Source: a virus
Lineage: Duplodnaviria > Caudoviricetes
Length of the DNA: 31,966 bases
Direction: 5' to 3' (one strand)
Virus record (IMG/VR): IMGVR_UViG_3300018421_000108
Span: 1-31,966 of that record
In this document: in pieces, positions 1 to 8,425 of the stretch
Numbering within the stretch: position 1 is the stretch's first letter
How the letters are laid out: each line of letters opens with the position of its first letter
Position numbers and translations under genes: made by a program
Notes under the pieces: model-generated
Database searches by the model: none
What the model was told of the DNA's origin: nothing
Seen by the model: the letters and a program-made list of their open reading frames with translations, nothing else

Positions 1-1
1 A

Positions 2-376
2 CTTGAAGATGCTATTAGATTAGCAGGACTACAAGTTGAAGACTTTTGGACAGCAGAAGAACTAATGGCAGAGAAAGGCGCAGATGACGATACTATGGAT
101 GTCAAAATTGACAAAGATGGTGCTATTTCAAAAGCAGATGCTCCGGACGAGTTACACGATAAAGAAGAAGAATTACCTTTAGATGAGTTTATCAAAGGAC
201 ACTTTGATTATACTACTAACCAATTCCCTAAAGGTGAAACAGCAGTAATGACAGCAGTTGAAAAGAAATATGGTGAAGAATCAATTCGTGATGCTGTTGG
301 CATTATGAAGGAATTGGTAACAGGTCAAGACGAAGAAATGTCAAGAATTAAAACTTTGGCGGGATTGTCCCACTAA
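2..376 (+). CDS. 5'-truncated acidic phage protein (possible head/scaffold-associated), C-terminal part
   Basis: Frame is open from nt 2 (LEDAIRLAGLQVEDFW...) through the listed ORF to TAA at 376. It is very D/E rich and carries two LAGL motifs. Confidence 0.6.
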   Translation, partial: LEDAIRLAGLQVEDFWTAEELMAEKGADDDTMDVKIDKDGAISKADAPDELHDKEEELPLDEFIKGHFDYTTNQFPKGETAVMTAVEKKYGEESIRDAVGIMKELVTGQDEEMSRIKTLAGLSH

Positions 377-401
377 TTTCACTTTTTTGACAAAGTTTCA
401 C

Positions 402-430
402 TTGACTTTATAAGTATGTTTGTGTATTAT
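402..430 (+). promoter_or_regulatory. sigma70-type promoter upstream of SSB gene
   Basis: TTGACT (402-407), N17, TATTAT (425-430). An overlapping second candidate is TTGACA (387-392), N16, TATAAG (409-414). Confidence 0.7.
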
Positions 431-495
431 GTATATACGTGCTACACAATCTAGGCACTTAACAGCCAAAGGCAATTTTTATAGGAGGCTTAATT

Positions 496-1467
496 ATGGC
501 AACATTAGCAGAAATTCGTGCTAAACTAAAAGAACAAGAATCACGCACAGGTGGTTCTAATCAACCAACAGGCGATAACGCCATTTACCCATTTTGGAAC
601 TTGAAGGAAGGCGAACAGTCTACTGTACGTTTCTTACCTGATGGTGACCAAGCAAACACTTTCTTTTGGAAAGAGCGTTTGATGATCAAACTACCTTTTG
701 CAGGTGTAAAAGGTGAAACTGATTCACGTCCAGTACAAGTACAAATTCCATGTATGGAAATGTACGGCGAATCTTGTTCAATCTTGAACGAAGTTCGTGG
801 TTGGTTCAAAGATCCAACACTAGAAGACATGGGTCGTAAATATTGGAAGAAGCGTTCATACGTATTCCAAGGGTTTGTAACTGAAAGCGGTCTTACTGAA
901 GACAGTATCCCAGAAAATCCAATCCGTAGATTTATTATTGGTCCACAGATTTTTCAACTTGTTAAATCTGCACTAATGGATCCAGATATGGAAGAACTAC
1001 CAACAGATTATACTGCTGGCGTAGACTTTAGAATTGTAAAAACTTCTAAAGGCGGATATGCAGACTATTCTACTTCAAACTGGGCTCGTAGAGAGCGTCC
1101 GTTAACTGAAGCAGAAGCAACTGCTATTGATACACACGGTTTGTTTAACTTATCAGACTTCTTACCTAAGAAGCCAACTGATGTTGAACTTAAAGTAACG
1201 CAGGAAATGTTCCAAGCATCTGTTGATGGTGAAGCATACGATCCAGAACGTTGGAGTCAATACTTCCGTCCATCAGGTATGGCGGCACGTACTGGCGATC
1301 CAGTAGCAACTCCTTCAACTCCGGCTTCAACTCCGGTTACTGAAGCACCAGCGGCACCAGTTGCTGAAACAGTTGCAGAGGCGGCGCCTGCTCCACAAGC
1401 GGCACCACAAACTGATAATAAAGCGGAAGATATCTTAGCGATGATCCGTTCGCGACAAAATCAGTAA
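496..1467 (+). CDS. T4 gp32-like single-stranded DNA-binding protein
   Basis: VRFLPD, YWKKRSY, GxDFRIVK and GGYADYSTS motifs typical of the gp32 family; Ala/Pro-rich linker; SD AGGAGG at 483-488; adjacent to uvsX/uvsY. Confidence 0.88.
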   Translation: MATLAEIRAKLKEQESRTGGSNQPTGDNAIYPFWNLKEGEQSTVRFLPDGDQANTFFWKERLMIKLPFAGVKGETDSRPVQVQIPCMEMYGESCSILNEVRGWFKDPTLEDMGRKYWKKRSYVFQGFVTESGLTEDSIPENPIRRFIIGPQIFQLVKSALMDPDMEELPTDYTAGVDFRIVKTSKGGYADYSTSNWARRERPLTEAEATAIDTHGLFNLSDFLPKKPTDVELKVTQEMFQASVDGEAYDPERWSQYFRPSGMAARTGDPVATPSTPASTPVTEAPAAPVAETVAEAAPAPQAAPQTDNKAEDILAMIRSRQNQ

Positions 1468-1476
1468 TTGCTTAAC

Positions 1477-1502
1477 GAATAGGGATCTTCGGATCCCTAT
1501 TC
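1477..1502 (+). other. C(UUCG)G tetraloop RNA hairpin between SSB and uvsX
   Basis: GAATAGGGATC-TTCG-GATCCCTATTC: perfect 11-bp stem with no U-tract on either side. Confidence 0.8.
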
Positions 1503-1520
1503 ACATTGAAGGAGAAGTTA

Positions 1521-2603
1521 ATGGCTAATAAAGCATTTGACGTTTCCAAGTTTCGTAAAAACTTGACTAAATCTATTACGGGTATGAGTGCAGGATTTAA
1601 TGATCCTACTGATTGGATTAGTACAGGTAACTATGCACTCAACTATCTTGTAAGTGGAGACTTTAATAAAGGTGTACCACTAGGCAAGGTAACTGTTTTT
1701 GCAGGTGAGTCTGGTGCAGGTAAATCATATATTTGTGCAGGTAACATTGTAAAGGCGGCACAGGATCAAGGTATCTTTGTTGTACTAATTGATTCAGAAA
1801 ACGCACTTGATGAAACATGGTTACAGGCGCTTAATGTTGATACAGGCGAAGATAAACTGCTAAAACTTAATATGTCAATGATTGATGATGTTGCTAAGAC
1901 AGTATCAACATTTATGGCAGACTACAAAGATATGCCGGAGGAAGATCGTCCTAAGGTATTATTTGTAATTGATTCACTAGGTATGTTGTTAACACCAACA
2001 GACGTAGACCAGTTTAATAAAGGTGATATGAAAGGTGATATGGGTAGAAAACCTAAGGCACTTACAGCACTTGTTAGAAACTGTGTTAATATGTTTGGTT
2101 CGCACAATGTAGGCTTAGTAGCAACTAACCACACATATGCATCGCAAGATATGTTTGATCCAGATGACAAGATTTCAGGCGGTCAAGGCTTTATCTATGC
2201 ATCATCTATCGTAGTAGCAATGAAGAAATTGAAACTAAAAGAAGATGAAGATGGTAACAAGATCAGTGATGTAAAAGGTATTAGAGCGGCTTGTAAAGTA
2301 ATGAAAACAAGATATGCTAAACCTTTTGAAGGCGTACAGGTTAAGATTCCTTATGAAACAGGAATGAACCCATACAGCGGTCTTGTTGATTTATTTGAGA
2401 AAAAAGGCATTCTTACAAAGGATGGTAATAGACTTAAATATGTTTCATGAACAGGTGAAGAAACTAAAGAGTATCGCAAAGCGTGGGAAGCCGGTGGCGA
2501 ATTGCTAGACAAAGTCATGATGGACTATAACGAACCAGGTGATGTGGTAACTACAATGGAAGAAGAAATTCCTGTTGAAGAAGTATTACAACCTGAGGAG
2601 TAA
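1521..2603 (+). CDS. uvsX: UvsX/RecA-like recombinase with an in-frame TGA at 2448-2450 (309 aa if it stops, 360 aa if read through)
   Basis: Walker A GESGAGKS, IDSENALD, Walker B VIDSLG, SGGQG and KTRY motifs; SD AAGGAG at 1509-1514. The frame stays open for 50 codons after the TGA, to TAA at 2601-2603. Confidence 0.9.
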
Positions 2604-2611
2604 TTTAGTTT

Positions 2612-2839
2612 ATGGACAGTTCACAAATTATCGATACTTGGAATCTTTTTAAAGAACACATTGATAAGAAACACTTAGAAATTGTTGCAGAACGCTTTGT
2701 CGATCTAATGGCAGACTACGGTGTATCAGATGATGCTTTTAAAGATTCTTTGGGTAACTGTGATTATCTTGATCATGCAATCAATTATTATCTTGACATT
2801 GATGATGATATGGTTGCTGATGATGACGATTGGGATTAA
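2612..2839 (+). CDS. small acidic hypothetical protein
   Basis: 75-aa ORF with SD GAGGAG at 2595-2600, between uvsX and uvsY; acidic C-terminus. Confidence 0.75.
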   Translation: MDSSQIIDTWNLFKEHIDKKHLEIVAERFVDLMADYGVSDDAFKDSLGNCDYLDHAINYYLDIDDDMVADDDDWD

Positions 2840-2842
2840 TGA

Positions 2843-3295
2843 ATGTGGTACGGTAAAATCTCAAAAAATATCACAGAGATTCCAAATGCTATTCAATATT
2901 TTGAAAACGAACTAGCAGAAGCAAAAAAAGAAGTTCGAGTCTATGGTAACATAGAAAAGGCCGCGGCAGAAATGCCCGGCCTTGTCGAACATCGCTTTAA
3001 TCAATTACAAGAATTAGAAGCAATTCTCGAATACCTCAATATTGAACTACGTAGACTACGCAGTTCTTTCTTCAAGAAATATTTAGAAAACTATCAACGT
3101 TCGTTGTCAAGTCGCGATGTTGAAAAGTATGTTGATGGTGAAGCAGACGTTGTTGATATGGAAAAGATCATTAACGAGTTTGCTCTTATGCGTAACAAAT
3201 GGTTAGGCATTACTAAAGGATTAGATCAAAAACAGTGGCAACTTACTAACATTGTTAAACTACGTGTTGCAGGTATGGAGGATGCATCAGTATGA
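2843..3295 (+). CDS. uvsY: UvsY-like recombination mediator
   Basis: 150-aa helical protein with KYLENYQRSLSSRDVEKYVDGE and KGLDQKQWQLTNIVKLR, resembling UvsY; context next to uvsX and SSB. Confidence 0.78.
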   Translation: MWYGKISKNITEIPNAIQYFENELAEAKKEVRVYGNIEKAAAEMPGLVEHRFNQLQELEAILEYLNIELRRLRSSFFKKYLENYQRSLSSRDVEKYVDGEADVVDMEKIINEFALMRNKWLGITKGLDQKQWQLTNIVKLRVAGMEDASV

Positions 3296-3837
3296 ACGTA
3301 TCAGAAGAATATAAGCAACAACTAAAACAAACACACGAAAATAAAAATTGGGGTACTACTAGTAATTTGCCTAAACAAGTAGAACTTGCTATTGCCAAAT
3401 ATAATCCTCAATCTATTTTAGACTTTGGTTGCGGTAAAGGACAAATTGTAAATTTATTAAAAGAAAAATATCCACACATGACTGTCTATGGATATGATCC
3501 TGCATTTAACGATCAACTTCCAGACAGTGTAGATATGATTATGAGTACAGATGTATTAGAACACGTAGAACCAGATGCACTAGAAGCAACACTAGATGAT
3601 TTAAATAAACGTTGTAATATAGTACAATATCATTTAATTGCTTGTTTTAAAGCAAAAAAAGTTTTACCCGACGGACGTAATGCACACTTAATTATTAAAA
3701 CTCCAGACTGGTGGCAAGAAATCATGTACAATAAATTTAATGTTGTTCACGAAGATATTATTGGCTATGTTAAAAAAGGTAAGAAGGGTATTCCTAAGGC
3801 AGTGACAAAATACGAATGCTTACTAGAGAAGAAATAA
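3292..3837 (+). CDS. class I SAM-dependent methyltransferase
   Basis: Motif I LDFGCGKG, GYDP, STDVLEHV; ATGA overlap with uvsY. Confidence 0.85.
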   Translation: MNVSEEYKQQLKQTHENKNWGTTSNLPKQVELAIAKYNPQSILDFGCGKGQIVNLLKEKYPHMTVYGYDPAFNDQLPDSVDMIMSTDVLEHVEPDALEATLDDLNKRCNIVQYHLIACFKAKKVLPDGRNAHLIIKTPDWWQEIMYNKFNVVHEDIIGYVKKGKKGIPKAVTKYECLLEKK

Positions 3838-4373
3838 GACTACAGTTTGAAAACAAAACAGTATGCTTGGTAGGAAATTCTGTAAAACTATTTGACAACA
3901 AAAACAACGGATCGTTGATTGACAGTTACGATACTGTTTGTAGATTTAACAAAGGAATTTCAAAACTAGGTGATCCTTGTTACGGCAATCGATTTGATGT
4001 TTTGTTTTATGCACATTCTAATGTTGTTCCAATGGCATGGCGAACAAATCCAACACAATTTGGTGAAACATATCTTATTCAAACAAGTATTAAAGGGCGT
4101 CAGCCAGAAAGACTTTTTAATAAACACAAAAGTTATATTGTACCGATAACTAATCTCAGAGATAGATTAAAATTAATAAAAGGTCAAGAACCTTCTACAG
4201 GTATGGTAGCCATTGACTTTGTTCTATCTTTTAATCCAAAGAAAATAGTATTATTTGGTTTTGATTGGAAAAAGAATCCAACGTTTTATGCAAAACCCAT
4301 TGACGTTGAACCTCACAACTATCAAAACGAAGAACTCTACATTAACAGCCTTAAAAACATAGAAATCCATTAA
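3816..4373 (+). CDS. GT29 (sialyltransferase-like) glycosyltransferase
   Basis: Sialylmotif-like segments: L (VCLVGNS...IDSYDTVCRFN), S (PSTGMVAIDF...LFGFD) and VS (HNYQNE). Confidence 0.72.
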   Translation: MLTREEIRLQFENKTVCLVGNSVKLFDNKNNGSLIDSYDTVCRFNKGISKLGDPCYGNRFDVLFYAHSNVVPMAWRTNPTQFGETYLIQTSIKGRQPERLFNKHKSYIVPITNLRDRLKLIKGQEPSTGMVAIDFVLSFNPKKIVLFGFDWKKNPTFYAKPIDVEPHNYQNEELYINSLKNIEIH

Positions 4374-4403
4374 GTCAGAAACACTAACAAATTAAGTTTA
4401 GTG

Positions 4404-4412
4404 TATTAAATA
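4404..4412 (+). promoter_or_regulatory. putative T4-like late promoter (TAAATA core)
   Basis: TATTAAATA in the short intergenic gap, 6 nt before ATG 4419; resembles the T4 late consensus TATAAATA. Confidence 0.5.
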
Positions 4413-4418
4413 TCATTG

Positions 4419-5165
4419 ATGAAACAGCAACTGATAAATCATATTTTGGATAAATTTCCTGAAACATATGAACTGCAAAAACAATATCGCAGTCATCCTG
4501 ACTACAGTTTATTAACATTAGAAAACTTTATTCCTAGAGAATTAGTTGCATTATTGGCAAAAGAACTAGACGATATTCCATTAGAAGACTGTAAGCATTT
4601 TACAAGAGCAGGTTCTTGTATGTACGAGTTTAATAACACTGATCGTACTCCAATACAAGATGCAGTTATACACGCATTACATAGTTCAACGTTTATCAAA
4701 TGGTTACAAGAAGTTACTGATACTGTAGATTTAATTCCTGATCCGCATCTAGTTGGCGCAGGATATATGAAGTCATTTGCAGGAGACAGTTTAAAAATAC
4801 ACACAGACTTTAACTGGAATGAGCAAATTCGTTTGCATCGTATGTTAAGTGTTGTAATATATCTTAATGAATATTGGCAAGAAGAATGGGGTGGTCAGTT
4901 ACAGTTTTACGATACTAAAAGAAACAAAGTACACACTAAAGTTCCTGTAGGTGCAGGTAACTGTGTAATTTGGAACTATAATAATTTTGCCTTCCATGGG
5001 TATCCAGACCCAATGACTTGTCCCGAAGGTGTAAGCAGAAAGGGTATTAGGTTGTTCTATTATGTTAGTAATGCCAAACACGACGACAAACATCCTCCGC
5101 ACAGAAGTTTGTATTGGTATGATGAAAAAACAGGAACACCTTACGATCAGCCATGGAACAAGTAA
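4419..5165 (+). CDS. 2OG-Fe(II) oxygenase (prolyl-hydroxylase-like)
   Basis: LKIHTD (HxD), YLNEYWQEEWGGQL, distal H in AFHG, R in SRKGI. Confidence 0.85.
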   Translation: MKQQLINHILDKFPETYELQKQYRSHPDYSLLTLENFIPRELVALLAKELDDIPLEDCKHFTRAGSCMYEFNNTDRTPIQDAVIHALHSSTFIKWLQEVTDTVDLIPDPHLVGAGYMKSFAGDSLKIHTDFNWNEQIRLHRMLSVVIYLNEYWQEEWGGQLQFYDTKRNKVHTKVPVGAGNCVIWNYNNFAFHGYPDPMTCPEGVSRKGIRLFYYVSNAKHDDKHPPHRSLYWYDEKTGTPYDQPWNK

Positions 5166-5671
5166 GTTTTATATTGCCTCCGTTAAACTACAAAAGTTTA
5201 ACTTGGACTGAAAAAAATAATATAGAATACGAAGGTCGCTCTAAAGAGTTTGAAGAGCAAAATAAACGTTATCATCTAGCAGGCTTTACAAAAGAAAATA
5301 CAAAGTACAATCAAAGTTTTAAAGTAGGTGTTGATATAATTGCATTTGCTCAAACATTGTTTGACAGATGTACTATCTCAGTAATGTATCAAATGCCAGG
5401 ACAAACATTACCAAGTCATGTTGATACATTTTATAAAATTTCAAATGAATACGGAGTTGACCCGCAAGACTGTATTCGTGTAAACATTTTCCTTGAAGAT
5501 TGGAAATCGGGTCATTATTTTGAAATAAATGAAAAACCAGTCTTGCATTGGAAGCGTGGTGATGCTATAATAATAGAAAAAGATGAACCGCATTTAAGTG
5601 GAAATTTTGGCATGAGTCCAAAATACACTATGCAAATTACTGGAGTAAAGAATGAATTTAAGAGGTGCTAA
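5153..5671 (+). CDS. 2OG-Fe(II)/cupin-fold oxygenase (Asp/Asn beta-hydroxylase-like)
   Basis: PGQTLPSHVD (HxD), W-x-x-GD, PHLSGN distal His, YTMQITG. Confidence 0.7.
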   Translation: MEQVSFILPPLNYKSLTWTEKNNIEYEGRSKEFEEQNKRYHLAGFTKENTKYNQSFKVGVDIIAFAQTLFDRCTISVMYQMPGQTLPSHVDTFYKISNEYGVDPQDCIRVNIFLEDWKSGHYFEINEKPVLHWKRGDAIIIEKDEPHLSGNFGMSPKYTMQITGVKNEFKRC

Positions 5672-6524
5672 ACCTGTATCAGATAACAAAGTAAAAGAGT
5701 TTATTGAACGTTTAAACCCTGTTGCTGATCTATATAATCCTAAACTACCAGAAGAATTTAAGTACGAATTTGTAGATTGGATTTTATCAAGCGAATTTAA
5801 TTTTATTAAAGGCATTGAAGAATTTGCTAGTATTAAACTATGCAACGGAACTGTTCAAGCGTTTGACCATTTTTATTACAAACACAAAGAAAAACGTTTT
5901 AGATTCTTTAAAGGCGAGTTTATGTATCATCAGGCTTGTCTTAAAAACGGTAGTCAGTTTGAATGGATTAACGATATACCTTTGCGTGAAGGCGATGCAC
6001 TAATCCTTAGTGTGCCGTTCAGTGATAGAGGTATTCAACACCCTGCTACGGATATGTTACTACGCAATGCAGAACAGTTTGGTATTCCTGTACTACTAGA
6101 TTTTGCATACTATCCTTGCACTAAAAACATTAACTTAAACCTTAGCGAATATCCTGCTGTTGAAACAATTACATTTAGTATTAGTAAAGCATTCTATGGT
6201 GCAGAGTATCTACGTGTAGGTGTGCGCCTTGAAAGAGAGGACACAGATGACGGTATTGACGTGTTCAATTCTGTAGATATGCATAACCGAATTAGTTTAA
6301 GTATAGCAAGTAGTTTGATAAAAACTTTCCCTGTAGATTGGAATTGGAAAACATATGCAGATGTTTACAATGCGGTTTGCGAGGAGAAAAATCTAAGACC
6401 CACTGATTGTATTATGTTTGGTTTAGGCGGTGATGAATATAAAGAATTTAATCGCGGTGGAGAAGTAAACAGAGTCTGCATTAGTGATTTAATTGGAGAA
6501 AAAATAAATGACAGTAGTAAGTAG
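5652..6524 (+). CDS. PLP-dependent fold-type I enzyme (aminotransferase-like)
   Basis: LLDFAY (PLP-binding Asp), FSISKAFY (Schiff-base Lys), LRVG, C-terminal NRVC. Confidence 0.75.
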   Translation: MNLRGAKPVSDNKVKEFIERLNPVADLYNPKLPEEFKYEFVDWILSSEFNFIKGIEEFASIKLCNGTVQAFDHFYYKHKEKRFRFFKGEFMYHQACLKNGSQFEWINDIPLREGDALILSVPFSDRGIQHPATDMLLRNAEQFGIPVLLDFAYYPCTKNINLNLSEYPAVETITFSISKAFYGAEYLRVGVRLEREDTDDGIDVFNSVDMHNRISLSIASSLIKTFPVDWNWKTYADVYNAVCEEKNLRPTDCIMFGLGGDEYKEFNRGGEVNRVCISDLIGEKINDSSK

Positions 6525-7569
6525 TCATAATGATTGGGATCCTTTAGAAGAGGTATTTGTAGGTATTGCGGATCATGCACGTATTCCTACAGTAGATAAA
6601 TCAACACACTCATTTGGTTTTGCTGATTGCAAATGGGAACACATTAAAGATCTCGAAGGACCTAGTCCGGAGTGGGTAATTGATGAAGCAAACGAAGACT
6701 TAGATAATTTTGCTAAAGTATTAACAGACCTAGGTGTTAAAGTAAGACGCCCGGAGTCAATTGATCATTCAAAAGAATTTGGATCGCCTGATTGGAAAAC
6801 AACAGGTTGGTATACATATTGTCCAAGAGATTTATTATTGCCTTTAGATAATCTTATTATCGATTGTCCAGGTGCTATGAGAGCAAGACAGTATGAAACA
6901 ACAGCGTACAGAGATTTCTTGTATGAAGCAATGGAAGGCGGAACCGAGTGGATTGCGGCACCACGTCCTCGCTTATTAGATGAGAGTTATCAACTTGAAG
7001 ACTTGAGTATTCCAACTCTTGTAAACAAAGAGATTGTATTTGATGCACCTAACGTAGTGCGTCTTGGAAAAGACTTATTATATCAAGTAAGTAACAGTGG
7101 AACTAAACTAGGCTATGAATGGTTGAAAACTATTGTTGAGCCAAGAGGTTACAAACTGCATCTTGCTGAAGGCTTTTATAGTTATTCACACTTTGACAGT
7201 ACAGTAATTCCTTTAAAGCCAGGCTTAGTATTGTTCAACGGTGATAGAATTCGTCCAGACTTTTATCCTAAAATCTTTGAGAAATGGGATAAGATTTTCT
7301 TCCCAGGAGATAAGGTAATTGACATTGGTACGAATTTGCCAAATGGTGTATCGCCTTGCAGTAAGTACATTGGTTTAAACTTTATGAGTGTAAACGAAAA
7401 CTTGGTAATCTGTGATGAGAACCAAGAAGAACTACGTAAAGAGTTAGACAAACACGGTATTGAATCAATTGGTTTACCTATGCGTCAAGCACGTACATTG
7501 TCAGGTGGCTTCCATTGTGTTACTTTAGATACTAAGCGTAAAGGCACACTGGAAAGTTATTTTGACTAA
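6508..7569 (+). CDS. amidinotransferase (glycine / inosamine-phosphate amidinotransferase family)
   Basis: SHNDWDPLEEVFVG, CPRD, FDAPN (Asp), HFDST (His), GGFHCVTLD (Cys): full catalytic triad. Confidence 0.9.
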   Translation: MTVVSSHNDWDPLEEVFVGIADHARIPTVDKSTHSFGFADCKWEHIKDLEGPSPEWVIDEANEDLDNFAKVLTDLGVKVRRPESIDHSKEFGSPDWKTTGWYTYCPRDLLLPLDNLIIDCPGAMRARQYETTAYRDFLYEAMEGGTEWIAAPRPRLLDESYQLEDLSIPTLVNKEIVFDAPNVVRLGKDLLYQVSNSGTKLGYEWLKTIVEPRGYKLHLAEGFYSYSHFDSTVIPLKPGLVLFNGDRIRPDFYPKIFEKWDKIFFPGDKVIDIGTNLPNGVSPCSKYIGLNFMSVNENLVICDENQEELRKELDKHGIESIGLPMRQARTLSGGFHCVTLDTKRKGTLESYFD

Positions 7570-8425
7570 TCGCGGCTACCATATACCACATCTCGAATAT
7601 ATGATCACAACCAGTTGCGATCTGGCTTGTCCAGGTTGCGACCGGTTTATTGATTACGGACATCCATTCGTTGAGTCGTTTGATGAAATTGTCAAAAATA
7701 TGGAAGAGTGGTTTGTTAGATTAGACCCCGACCATGTTACTATCATCGGTGGTGAACCTCTTATACACCCACGCATCTATGATATTTTAAAAGAAGCAAG
7801 AAGGATATTTGATCATGCAACTATTGAAATATATACAAACGGTTTTCTATTACCTAAGAGACCTGATTTACTTAAGACACTAAAAAAGATTGGTCATGCT
7901 AAAGTAAGTTGTAGTATACACAATAGAGATCCAGAAGTACGTAAACTAATAGAAAAAAATTTATGGGATGCCTTTTATTCTAAAGGATCGTGGACTTATG
8001 CTAACGAAGGACAGTATGTACAAGACAATGTAATGGTAGAAGTTACCGATCCAACAACAGGCGGTTGGTATGACTATAGACGAGTAGTTGACGGCCAATT
8101 AAAACCGTGGGATGATAGAAACCCAATTGGAAGTTATGGTAAATGTGGTGTTGCTACCTATCCTATTATATACAAAAAGAAATTATATAAGTGTCCACCA
8201 ATTAGTATGTTGCGTACCCATTTAACAAAAACTAAACAACTAAATGATATTGATTGGTCGCCTTATCTACAATACAAAGGACTTGCTGTAGATTGTTCAG
8301 CAAACGAGTTAGAAGAATTTGTAGACAATATTTTTAAACCACACAAGATTTGTGCTATGTGTCCTGCTAATCCCGAACTAAAGCCACAAGAAGAAGCCGT
8401 AATTAAAAACGTGAAACTATTATGA
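7562..8425 (+). CDS. radical SAM protein
   Basis: CDLACPGC (CxxxCxxC), GGEPLIHP, YTNG, C-terminal Cys residues (KCPP, CAMCP); TTG start overlapping the upstream stop. Confidence 0.88.
   Translation: MTNRGYHIPHLEYMITTSCDLACPGCDRFIDYGHPFVESFDEIVKNMEEWFVRLDPDHVTIIGGEPLIHPRIYDILKEARRIFDHATIEIYTNGFLLPKRPDLLKTLKKIGHAKVSCSIHNRDPEVRKLIEKNLWDAFYSKGSWTYANEGQYVQDNVMVEVTDPTTGGWYDYRRVVDGQLKPWDDRNPIGSYGKCGVATYPIIYKKKLYKCPPISMLRTHLTKTKQLNDIDWSPYLQYKGLAVDCSANELEEFVDNIFKPHKICAMCPANPELKPQEEAVIKNVKLL

Noticed and set aside
1300-1410. GC-richer quasi-repeats in the SSB gene
   Set aside because: Explained by an Ala/Pro/Thr low-complexity linker; not a DNA repeat array or CRISPR.
2448-2450. Genome-wide TGA or TAG recoding, or selenocysteine
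   Set aside because: TGA and TAG end many genes at tight overlaps (3295, 8425, 17666, 27474, 31226). The site is not a Cys-like catalytic position and no clear SECIS hairpin follows.
3292-3837. Methyltransferases as DNA methylases protecting the avoided sites
   Set aside because: No DPPY/NPPY/SPPY or PC motif; they resemble small-molecule or glycan class I methyltransferases.
7562-7590. TTGACT at the radical SAM start as a promoter
   Set aside because: No -10 box at 16-18 bp spacing; TTG serves as the start codon.
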